47,076 nucleotides of DNA, from positions 1 to 47,076 of the forward strand of contig CAZXYF010000002.1 of the NCBI GenBank assembly GCA_964644705.1, given 5' to 3'. This document shows, one piece after another, positions 28,654 to 36,801 of the stretch (positions are counted from its first letter, which is position 1; every line of letters starts with the position of its first letter). This DNA comes from an uncultured candidatus Brocadiaceae bacterium. GTDB taxonomy: Bacteria; Planctomycetota; Brocadiia; SM23-32. The position numbers and the translations under genes are program-made. The notes under the pieces were generated by a model. It was not told where the DNA came from, made no database searches, and was given only the letters and a program-made list of their open reading frames with translations.

Positions 28654-29478
28654 TCGCGTCATGCGGCCAGATATGCCCTTTAGCTCGCACCCCTCAAAAT
28701 GCCGTATAGTTACACCTGAGCAATGTATGAGGCCGTTATGCGAGTACACAAGGATTGATGAAAAGGTGTATTGTGCATGAAAAGGCGGGCTTTACGGCCC
28801 GAAAAACAGAGAACATGAACCCCCGAAAGCCCCACAAAAGTAATAATATGTAATACTCCTCCCTCTCTCCCCTATTTCTATCGTACACGTCTGGTTCGGT
28901 CGCGTTTTCGTGCACCGGGCCGAACTGTCCGGCAGGACTCGGGTCCGCGGCGCGCGGTTGTCGAGATCGATAGTGCGCGGGGGGCTCATGTTTGTGAAAA
29001 CAGCATGAGCCACGGGCGGGCTTCCAGGACGAAAAGGCGCGCGAGTGGCATAGCCCCTGAGGTTGGCCATGTTGGGGGGGGATGTGCTTTGCCCGTGACC
29101 GCTGGCCTACACCGGGGGCGTGTCTCCCAATTCTTCTCAAATAGTGGCGGCTGAATCCAACGCGTGACCGCTCCGGGACGCGGCCTGCGGGGCTCTTTGG
29201 GGGCGTTTATTTCCTGAAAGGAGTGCTTCAGAGCGCGCTTCTCGGGGCGATGCCCTCTTTTTGAGGGGAGTGGCGGGACTCGGAAAAGCAATTTTTGGTC
29301 CGGATATTTGGCAGCATAGCTCACCTTCCTGTGAAGATTCTGGAGTCTGATGAGCCGGCGTCGCCCTCTCTGGCGGCGGAGAACGGTGTCGCCTGTGATC
29401 CGGTGGGGATTCAGCTCGCCTGACAACCGGTGCAACAGTTGAATTCCGCGTTCACTGAACGTTACCGTAGTGATGAAA

Positions 29479-29494
29479 CGTTTCACGTGAAACC
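29479..29494. promoter_or_regulatory. parS centromere-like site 1
   Basis: CGTTTCACGTGAAACC. The inner 14-mer GTTTCACGTGAAAC equals the canonical parS core tGTTTCACGTGAAACa. It lies 19 nt upstream of the parB start. Confidence 0.85.
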
Positions 29495-29512
29495 TTAGAA
29501 GGAGTCGAAGAC

Positions 29513-30415
29513 ATGACCAAACGAAGGTTAGGTAAAGGGTTGGCCTCCCTCATTGGCCAGTCAGAGGCAGAAACCGACGAAACTGCCGAATCTCAGAAGC
29601 AAAGCGACCCCACAACGCCGGGAGCTCCGACTTCCATTGACCTGTCCAGAATTGAGCTTAATCCCCAGCAACCCCGCAAACAGATGGATCCGGAGGCTCT
29701 GGAGGGTCTGGCGGAGTCCATCGAAGGAGCGGGCGTGCTTCAGCCGATCGTTGTCCGCGAGAAAGACGACATGTATGAGTTGGTTATGGGCGAACGGCGG
29801 ATGAGGGCGGCTCATAAGGCGGGGCTGGAGACGATTCCCGCCTTTATCCGGGATGTGGACGACGATCGCATGCTGGAACTGGCTCTCATAGAAAACGTTC
29901 AGCGGGAAGATCTGAATGCCATTGAAAAGGCCGAAGCCATTAATCGCATGGTAGAAGATCTGGACATGACCCAGGAGGCCGTGGGCCAGAAACTGGGGCT
30001 CAATCGGTCAACGGTGGCCAACTTCATCCGTCTGCTGGAGCTCCCCCCGGAGGTTCGTGAGATGGTTTCACGTGAAACACTCAGTGCGGGGCATGCGCGT
30101 GCCCTTCTTGGGGAAGAATCGACGGAAAGGCAACTTGAGCTGGCGCGGAAAATCAAGAAAAAGGGCCTGTCCGTGCGCCAGACGGAAAAATTGGTGGCTC
30201 GGGGGGATCGTTCTGCCCAAAAAACCACGCATGAGCCTTCCCCTCAGGTAAAACGCCTCCAGCGGGAGCTGCAAGAATCTCTGGGAACCAGGGTTGAGAT
30301 CCGCAGTCGTGGGGATAAGGGCAAGATTACCATCCATTTTGCGGACAATGAACAGTTTGAGCGGCTGTTTGACATGATGACCGAGGAGGGTTACGAACAA
30401 GACGCCGTGGCCTGA
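29513..30415 (+). CDS. parB: chromosome partitioning protein ParB/Spo0J
   Basis: ParB N-terminal box with GERRMRAA (Arg patch / CTP-binding), a central HTH and a C-terminal dimerisation region. It is flanked by and contains parS. Confidence 0.95.
   Translation: MTKRRLGKGLASLIGQSEAETDETAESQKQSDPTTPGAPTSIDLSRIELNPQQPRKQMDPEALEGLAESIEGAGVLQPIVVREKDDMYELVMGERRMRAAHKAGLETIPAFIRDVDDDRMLELALIENVQREDLNAIEKAEAINRMVEDLDMTQEAVGQKLGLNRSTVANFIRLLELPPEVREMVSRETLSAGHARALLGEESTERQLELARKIKKKGLSVRQTEKLVARGDRSAQKTTHEPSPQVKRLQRELQESLGTRVEIRSRGDKGKITIHFADNEQFERLFDMMTEEGYEQDAVA
30064..30079. promoter_or_regulatory. parS centromere-like site 2 (inside parB)
   Basis: GGTTTCACGTGAAACA, with the same perfect 14-bp core. 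Confidence 0.85.
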
Positions 30416-30443
30416 CACCATGTCCGGACGCTGACTGTGTTTA

Positions 30444-30463
30444 CGGGGCCCTGGCGGGCCCCG
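30444..30463 (+). terminator. GC-rich hairpin downstream of parB (possible terminator, no T tract)
   Basis: CGGGGCCC-TGGC-GGGCCCCG, a perfect 8-bp stem 29 nt after the parB stop. It is followed by CTTGTATGT rather than a T run. Confidence 0.35.
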
Positions 30464-30537
30464 CTTGTATGTACCCATCGCGGAGGATGTGATTGGCTGG
30501 CACCTGCTCCCGGGGGGGCAGGGGGGCGCCCGTAGCG

Positions 30538-30992
30538 TAAGGTTTCGGTGAACCACGTGCGTTTTGTGATGCCCTACTTGCCGGGCTTGCCCGGTAGGGG
30601 CATACCTGTGCACTACCCCGTATATTTCACGAGTCGTCAGTGCTCCAGCTATAAGAACAGACAAGGGCGCTCGTGTTCTTACACCGCAACTGCAGGCTGT
30701 TCTTATAGATGGTGTGCTGACGGCTCGGTCGTAGACCAAACCGGTGTCGCCGGTACTGTTGAAAACACTCTGTTGTTATAAATCTGTCTGAGGATTTGCG
30801 ATTACCATTGGCTGAAGTTGCTTTTAGAATAATTAACGTTTGAGGTTTGTGAAATATGCGGCTACAGCAGGCGTACCACGCCAGGCGCTATCGCGTTGTT
30901 TGCGTATCTTCGGGTAGTGCAGAAGTACGCCTCAACCGGGACAAGCCCGGCAGTAGGCCCCTCTGAAATAACGTGGTTTACCGAATACTTAC
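30538..30992. mobile_element. MITE-like non-autonomous element (about 455 bp) with long imperfect terminal inverted repeats and a 9-bp flanking direct repeat
   Basis: The left arm (30538-30620) aligns with the reverse complement of the right arm (30911-30991). Examples are TAAGGTTTCGGTGAACCACGT vs TAAGTATTCGGTAAACCACGT, and CCTACTTGCCGGGCTTGCCCGGTAGGGGCATACCTGTGCACTACCCC vs CCTACTGCCGGGCTTGTCCCGGTTGAGGCGTACTTCTGCACTACCC. CCCGTAGCG occurs directly outside both ends (30529-30537 and 30993-31001). There is no ORF inside. Confidence 0.5.
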
Positions 30993-31177
30993 CCCGTAGC
31001 GGACATTGTCCGGGACCATTTTCATCACTGAGTGCCTGTATCGCATAGCACGGCCGACCTTAAAACCCAAAATAGACATAATGCCCGTTTGAGGGCGCAG
31101 AAAACTTCCGAAGGGACGCTATGAACGAAATAATTATGCTCACTGGTCGGGGCGGGCAACCAATGGGTGAAGCCTGT

Positions 31178-31193
31178 CGTTTCACGTGAAACG
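31178..31193. promoter_or_regulatory. parS centromere-like site 3
   Basis: CGTTTCACGTGAAACG, a perfect 16-bp palindrome with the canonical parS core. Confidence 0.85.
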
Positions 31194-31251
31194 TTCCGAG
31201 TTCAGAACAGGCAGGGGGAGGATCGTGGGAGGAGGATACTGAGTTGCCGGA

Positions 31252-32598
31252 CTATCCGGATTGCCGTAGAACCTCAAAGACAACCCACGGCGAAATGCTA
31301 TCCGCGTAAAGAAAGCGATCGGGGATCCGGGTGTCCGGCCCCACCCATTCCAGCCCCAACCGCTGCCACTTGTCCATATCGGGGGTCGTTTTGACCAGAA
31401 TGAAGATCCGCCGTCCCTGAAAATCGGCAAGGATCCTCCGCATCTTACTCTCCTCCAGGTGCATCATGTGGATCCAGGCCCGTTCGGGATCATCACCGGC
31501 GGCCTCTTTGAATTCGTAGCCGCCATACCCTGTCACGATAAAAGAGCCATTGGGATACTGTGCCTCCAGGCGTGTAACGGCCTGGTCGATCCGGCTGCCG
31601 GGTGCATGCTGTGGTGGCGACCAGTCCAGTGACGTGCTCCAGATTGCGGCCGTGGCCACGCCAAGGCAGGCGAGACAGTGCACGAGTATCCCACCGCGGC
31701 CGGCCCGCAGGCATACCCGGGCGATGGGGACGCTCAAAACGAGCGTCCCGATACATCCCACCGTGACCCATTCACATGAGCTTAACAGGGCCGTTTCCCA
31801 TGGGACTGGCCCCATCACAATCGATTCCATTGCCCCCTCCAGGAAAAACAGTGGATCTCCGAGAATCAGCCAATTCCCCCCCAGCCAGAGCAGTATTACG
31901 AAGATGGCGGGGGTGGCGAATGTCAGGGCTGTTCCCTCGATTATCCCGCGACGAGTTTTCCGTATCGCTGCCATCAGCAACACTATCAGAAGGGTCACCG
32001 CCACGACGGCAACTCCCTGATAGCGGACGCCCACGGACGCAGCAATCAGTAGAGCAGCATAGGCCAGATCTCGAAGATCGAATTGGTCCAACCAGTGCAA
32101 CCAGAATGCGGCTCCGCTGATAACAAGCGCTACAAACGTCATTGTCGTTCGTCCCGCTGAGATACTGAGCACCACAGGGGGAAAAAACAGCAGGGATGCG
32201 ATAGCCGGATAGCGTAACCACGGCGAGATGCCGGCCCGAAACCACAGGCGATTGGTGTAGAGGCATAAAAACAGCGTGGACGCCACGGCGATAAGGATGC
32301 AAACCCAGGCGGACGGTGTGACGTAAATGGCAGCTGAGACAAGGCTTACGGCAAGCGTTGGGAGGGGTGCCATGTTCAACGACCCCACTAACCCCTGTCG
32401 GCCGCGAGTGTTCCCCGTCAGCAGATCCTCCGCCACACTGGCCCGATGCAGTGCTTCGGGGGAGGCTCCCGATGGAAAGGGGGCAACAATTATGGTGAGT
32501 ATCACCATGATTGCCAGCAATCCTGCCCCCGTCATGACTTCGGAACGGACCGTCGGGGTCGGCTGTGTTGTCTCTTCACTCTGTGACTGTTGTTTCAT
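31252..32598 (-). CDS. polytopic membrane protein, GT-C (ArnT/PMT)-like putative glycosyltransferase
   Basis: 448 aa with about 10 hydrophobic segments followed by a roughly 110-aa soluble C-terminal domain. The architecture resembles GT39/GT83-type enzymes, but I saw no diagnostic motif. Confidence 0.6.
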   Translation of the reverse strand: MKQQSQSEETTQPTPTVRSEVMTGAGLLAIMVILTIIVAPFPSGASPEALHRASVAEDLLTGNTRGRQGLVGSLNMAPLPTLAVSLVSAAIYVTPSAWVCILIAVASTLFLCLYTNRLWFRAGISPWLRYPAIASLLFFPPVVLSISAGRTTMTFVALVISGAAFWLHWLDQFDLRDLAYAALLIAASVGVRYQGVAVVAVTLLIVLLMAAIRKTRRGIIEGTALTFATPAIFVILLWLGGNWLILGDPLFFLEGAMESIVMGPVPWETALLSSCEWVTVGCIGTLVLSVPIARVCLRAGRGGILVHCLACLGVATAAIWSTSLDWSPPQHAPGSRIDQAVTRLEAQYPNGSFIVTGYGGYEFKEAAGDDPERAWIHMMHLEESKMRRILADFQGRRIFILVKTTPDMDKWQRLGLEWVGPDTRIPDRFLYADSISPWVVFEVLRQSG

Positions 32599-32824
32599 GT
32601 GCTCGATTGAGACCGATCAAACCATAGTAGTTGACGACAGGACTATACGGAGATTTCGCGCCCGGCCGCGCATATCAGGCAGGTCGCCTCTTTAAGGGGG
32701 CGAAAGTCCCAAAGGCCGAGCATATGCAGATAAATAACTATAAAGAGGCACAAAAATACACGCACACTGGGGCCAGAACCCATATAAGTAGAAATCGATG
32801 TCGTTGATGTTATCTTGGGCGAGT

Positions 32825-33071
32825 GTTGCCCAAAACGTTCAAAAAATGCGTTTTCAAACGGGCTCTCGGGTGACTTTGAGCCGGGAATACAGTCCATCTC
32901 GCAAGCCACCCCCGAACTACGTTTCGGGAGGTGTATCTAACATCTTTACTTCGTCTTTGCCGTTGTGTGCCTTTCTATCGATGCTAAGGCCGCCAGAAAC
33001 AACGCCATATTATGGTAAAGACGATGATAAAGACAAAGAATCATGCTTCCCGAAACGCTATTTTGAATAAC
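32825..33071 (+). repeat. copy A of a roughly 247-nt conserved non-coding element (structured RNA or MITE-like)
   Basis: Co-linear with the reverse complement of 38648-38893 (see findings). It has an internal stem of about 20 bp, 32943-32961 / 33014-33033. Confidence 0.6.
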
Positions 33072-33457
33072 CTACCTGGTTGCAAAGCATGCTGGGGCAA
33101 TCGGTTATGGGGTGCCTGGGCGGTAAACGGTGCGCGGCCCTGCATGCTGGCTGAGACCCCGATGTGGTTTAGTGTTTGCGTACCGTTGTTTGCGGAACCG
33201 GTACTCACAGATCGGCCCTCAGTTTCCCCCCATCTACGGTTGCGTCGCGGACAGCGCAACTGGAGTATACACCAGACCCTCGCGATGAAACAACCGCTCG
33301 TCGATGGTCGAATGTCGGCACTGTGCTTTTTTGATAGCTATCCCTGCCGGGACTGGCCTCATTTATGTGCTTTAAACCGTCTTGAACATTGTGGAGATGG
33401 TCCTGTGACTGCTATAATTTTCTGTGGGTAATGACAGTTCTTTTTCACAGGTACGAC

Positions 33458-33988
33458 ATGGATAGAGAAACTCTCAAAGGACGATTGAAAGAGGTCGCTT
33501 ATATCGAAGGTGACTTCACGCTGCGAAGCGGGAGAAAAAGTCACTATCTGATAGATAAGTATGAATTTGAAACGCGCCCGGAGTTGCTTCGCGCTCTCGC
33601 GGTGGAACTGGCTGCTATGATACCTGAGGACGCTGATCGCCTCGCTGGGGTGGAATTAGGAGGGGTTCCCCTCGTGACGGCCGTTGCGTTGGAAACGGAC
33701 CGACCGTATATGATCGTGCGGAAGGGCGAGAAAGGCCACGGGCTGGATCGACCGTATGAGGGACACATGGAGGAGGGCGACCACGTCGCTCTGATTGAAG
33801 ACATTGCGACCACAGGTGGTGCCGCTATAGGAGCAGCTCAGGCCCTTCTGGATGCGGGGGCCTCCGAGGTGACGGTCCTTGTGGTGGCTGATCGGCAGGA
33901 GGGGGCTGCGGAGGCTTTTGAGGAGGCCGGCATCACATGTTGCCCGCTTTTTACTCGGGAATCACTGGACATTCAACCTGATAGCTGA
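33458..33988 (+). CDS. pyrE: orotate phosphoribosyltransferase
   Basis: FTLRSGRKSHYLIDKY and the PRPP-binding motif VALIEDIATTGG, 176 aa. Confidence 0.9.
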   Translation: MDRETLKGRLKEVAYIEGDFTLRSGRKSHYLIDKYEFETRPELLRALAVELAAMIPEDADRLAGVELGGVPLVTAVALETDRPYMIVRKGEKGHGLDRPYEGHMEEGDHVALIEDIATTGGAAIGAAQALLDAGASEVTVLVVADRQEGAAEAFEEAGITCCPLFTRESLDIQPDS

Positions 33989-33997
33989 GCGTAAACT

Positions 33998-35437
33998 ATG
34001 GCAAACACAGACAATAGCACTTACAATTCGCCGTTCGTAACCCGCTGGGCGAGTGAGCAGATGCAGGAAACGTGGAGCGATCTCCATAAATTTCGCCTCT
34101 GGCGCTCCCTCTGGATTGCGCTGGCCGAGTCACAGAAGGAGCTCGGACTGGATATTCCCGACGAGGCCCTCGAACAGATGCGCGCAACCCGTGACGATGT
34201 TAACATCGGTAAAGCAAAAGAATATGAACGGGAGCTGAGGCATGATGTTATGTCGCACGTGCGCGCGTGGGGAGACCAATGCGGGGCCGCCCGAGGGATC
34301 ATCCACCTGGGCGCCACGAGCTGCTATGTTGCTGATAACGCTGATCTTATCCGGATAAAAGAGGCGCTACAACTGCTTGTCGAGCCACTCGGCGCAGCCT
34401 GCCGACAGCTGGCTGATTTTGCAAAAGAGTACGCTGATGTGCCCTGTCTTGGCTTCACCCATTACCAGCCCGCACAGCTGACAACGGTGGGTAAAAGGGC
34501 CAGTATGTGGTTGCAGGACCTTCTTCAGGATCTGGAGAAAGTGGATCAACACATCGACAATATGCCCTTCCGGGGGGTCAAGGGAACAACCGGCACGCAG
34601 GCCAGCTATCTGAAACTGTTCGATGGTGATGAGGGCAAAGTGCGTGAGCTGGAGCAGAAAGTCGCTGACAAGCTCGGATTCGAGCGGGTTTTCCCGATCA
34701 CCGGACAAACCTATCCCCGGAAGTTCGACCACACCATACTGTCCACCCTGTCGGGCATCGGCGTGACCCTGCACAAGATGGCGACCGATATACGCCTTCT
34801 GGCGGGAATGAAAGAAATGGAAGAGCCTTTTGGGGAAAAGCAAGTGGGGTCCTCCGCTATGGCTTACAAACGCAACCCGATGCGATGCGAGCGTATGACG
34901 GCGTTGAGCCGCTTTTTGATGAATAACGTCCAGAACGCCGCCTTTACGGCGGGAGATCAATGGATGGAGCGAACGCTGGACGACTCGGCCAATCGGCGGC
35001 TTTCTCTGGCCGAGGGTTTTTTGGCGGCCGACTCCGTATGTCGCCTCGTGGCTAACATCACCGACGGGCTGGTGGTCAATCGCTCCGTGGTGGAATCGCG
35101 AATCGAGTCGGAACTCCCGTTCATGGCCACTGAAAATATTCTTATGGAAGCGGTCAAAGAGGGTGGAGATCGGCAGGAACTGCATGAACGCATACGGCAG
35201 CACTCCATGGCCGCGGCTCAGAGGGTGAAACAGGAAGGTGCCGATAATGATCTGCTGGATCGTATACGATCGGACGATGCGTTCGCCTCGATCAGGGATC
35301 GGTTGGACGATATTGTGCAACCAGATGAGTTTGTGGGGCGAGCTCCCCAACAGGTCCACGATTTCATTGAAGAAGATGTCGAGCCCATGCTCGACTCGTT
35401 TGAATACAAGACCGGGACCGAGAATTTGCGCGTGTAG
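33998..35437 (+). CDS. purB: adenylosuccinate lyase
   Basis: Fumarate-lyase signature GSSAMAYKRNP and full-length co-linearity with long-form PurB (479 aa). Confidence 0.95.
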   Translation: MANTDNSTYNSPFVTRWASEQMQETWSDLHKFRLWRSLWIALAESQKELGLDIPDEALEQMRATRDDVNIGKAKEYERELRHDVMSHVRAWGDQCGAARGIIHLGATSCYVADNADLIRIKEALQLLVEPLGAACRQLADFAKEYADVPCLGFTHYQPAQLTTVGKRASMWLQDLLQDLEKVDQHIDNMPFRGVKGTTGTQASYLKLFDGDEGKVRELEQKVADKLGFERVFPITGQTYPRKFDHTILSTLSGIGVTLHKMATDIRLLAGMKEMEEPFGEKQVGSSAMAYKRNPMRCERMTALSRFLMNNVQNAAFTAGDQWMERTLDDSANRRLSLAEGFLAADSVCRLVANITDGLVVNRSVVESRIESELPFMATENILMEAVKEGGDRQELHERIRQHSMAAAQRVKQEGADNDLLDRIRSDDAFASIRDRLDDIVQPDEFVGRAPQQVHDFIEEDVEPMLDSFEYKTGTENLRV

Positions 35438-35449
35438 CTTTCAGAAAGG

Positions 35450-36688
35450 GTGACAGATATGGGTCTTCGAGGACATGATGCTGAGGAATCGGGAAAAAGT
35501 ACGTCCAAATGGATGTGGGGCTGCTGCGGAGGATGCGCCGGTATCGCCATCGTGGCGGTGATCGGGATCGGTATTTTCGTGTATACCATGGTTCGTTCTC
35601 AACCGGTGGTTCCTCCCGAGACTTTTTTCCAGACCGAATCCGATGCGTTGGCGGTCGTTCAAATGCGTCCGGAACACCAGCATCTGACCCGCCTGATGCA
35701 GCGTCTTGCCGACAATCCGCCGGCCGGGCTGGGTCTGAGCGAGGAAGACAGGAAAAAAATCACGAGCAGGGCGGGCAACATCCCATCACAGGTGAGCAGC
35801 CTTACCCCCCTACAGTTCGTTGTTCTGGCGCGTAAGCTTAAGACACCCCGTAAACCGGCAAGCATTCCTGCGGGCGAAAACTGGACATTTTTGAGTAAAT
35901 GGGTCAATGGCCCCGGTAAAAAGAAACGGTTTGCCCTGGGGGTGGCCGGTTCCATCAAGGCCTACGGGGGAACGATAAACTGGGTTCTGAGCGGCCTGAT
36001 ACAGTCTTTTGTGGAACAGGGGGGGCATACCGAACAGCATAAAAATGTAGAAATCGGTGTACCACCAAATGAAGATTTCTACCTGGCCGTTCTGAACAAT
36101 AATGTTATGGTGGCCGATAATCGTAAAACACTGACGGGATGGATCGATCAACTGAAGACCCGCAGCAAAAAAACGGACAAAAAACAGGGCCGCCAGGCCG
36201 TGTTCGCTGGGCCCTCCGGTCTGGCCAATCTGTATGGGCAGATGGATACGGACGCCCCGTTAATATTTGCCACGACGAATACGAAGGGGGAGATCCGTGC
36301 AATCGTAAAGACCCTGCGTGAGATGAGCTCAAAGAGTGGACAGGACGGTCGATCCAACGCACTGGCTGATGCCGCTCAATTCCTGGATGCGTCCGGAGTG
36401 GCCTCTGATTCCGTGGTCGCATTCGGCGGCTACGCGGCTATGGAAGGTGCCAACATGGCGGCGATTCACCTCTACGCGCAATGTGAAGATCGAGCAGCAG
36501 CGACACAAATGAGCGATCAGGTCAGTTCTGAGCTTAATCGGCTGCTGGAAGGGGCGTCGAATGTGCGTCTGGAGAGCACAACCGAGGGCCGTATGGTTCG
36601 GGCCGTCATCACTCTGGAGCAATTGGAGCAAATTATTCGGAATATGGCCAGGAAGCATAAAAAGAAGGCCGAACCACAGAATAAGTAG
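35450..36688 (+). CDS. membrane-anchored hypothetical protein
   Basis: Cys-rich cytoplasmic stub (WMWGCCGGC), one TM helix (AGIAIVAVIGIGIFVY) and a roughly 350-aa extracytoplasmic domain. No family recognised. Confidence 0.6.
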   Translation: MTDMGLRGHDAEESGKSTSKWMWGCCGGCAGIAIVAVIGIGIFVYTMVRSQPVVPPETFFQTESDALAVVQMRPEHQHLTRLMQRLADNPPAGLGLSEEDRKKITSRAGNIPSQVSSLTPLQFVVLARKLKTPRKPASIPAGENWTFLSKWVNGPGKKKRFALGVAGSIKAYGGTINWVLSGLIQSFVEQGGHTEQHKNVEIGVPPNEDFYLAVLNNNVMVADNRKTLTGWIDQLKTRSKKTDKKQGRQAVFAGPSGLANLYGQMDTDAPLIFATTNTKGEIRAIVKTLREMSSKSGQDGRSNALADAAQFLDASGVASDSVVAFGGYAAMEGANMAAIHLYAQCEDRAAATQMSDQVSSELNRLLEGASNVRLESTTEGRMVRAVITLEQLEQIIRNMARKHKKKAEPQNK

Positions 36689-36801
36689 CTCGGCCCAGGT
36701 TTTTCCAACTTATCTTCGCGCATTCTCCCGGCAATGGGCAAATCTCATGTTATTCTGGGGCATTTATCCTTTCCGCCAGCGCAAAACCGGGAATCAGATG
36801 C

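Noticed and set aside
28986-29486. 166-aa Arg/Pro-rich minus-strand ORF in the mutL-parB gap
   Set aside because: The composition (runs of R, P, K) and the absence of a Shine-Dalgarno sequence suggest a frame artefact. It runs through the parS site.
28654-29512. decayed parA pseudogene filling the gap upstream of parB
   Set aside because: I could not find Walker A (KGGxGKT) or other ParA blocks in any plus-strand frame by eye. It remains only a hypothesis to test by BLASTX.
30521-30560. tmRNA 5' end look-alike GGGGGGCGCC...GGTTTCGGTG
   Set aside because: There is no matching 3' tRNA-like end (T-arm plus CCA-proximal acceptor). The segment is one arm of an inverted repeat.
30068-30739. 223-aa minus-strand ORF
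   Set aside because: It overlaps the parB 3' half and the MITE-like arm. It is Arg/Pro-rich with no motif.
30416-31251. oriC (DnaA boxes plus an AT-rich unwinding element) between parB and parS3
   Set aside because: The only 9-mers that resemble TTATCCACA match at 6/9 or fewer positions. The AT-rich patch lies inside the MITE-like element. This cannot be supported without GC-skew data.
32798-33070. 90-aa ORF over repeat copy A. It seems to share SLP..AFL..LR.P...GKD..KDKE with the 100-aa ORF 38615..38917 over copy B.
   Set aside because: The nucleotide alignment of the two copies needs several 1-nt indels that change frame. Protein identity (about 40%) is far lower than DNA identity. The shared peptide strings come from the two arms of a conserved hairpin. 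Copy B is even open on both strands.
34367-35359. 330-aa minus-strand ORF
   Set aside because: It is antisense to purB, which has an unmistakable lyase signature. It has no motifs of its own.
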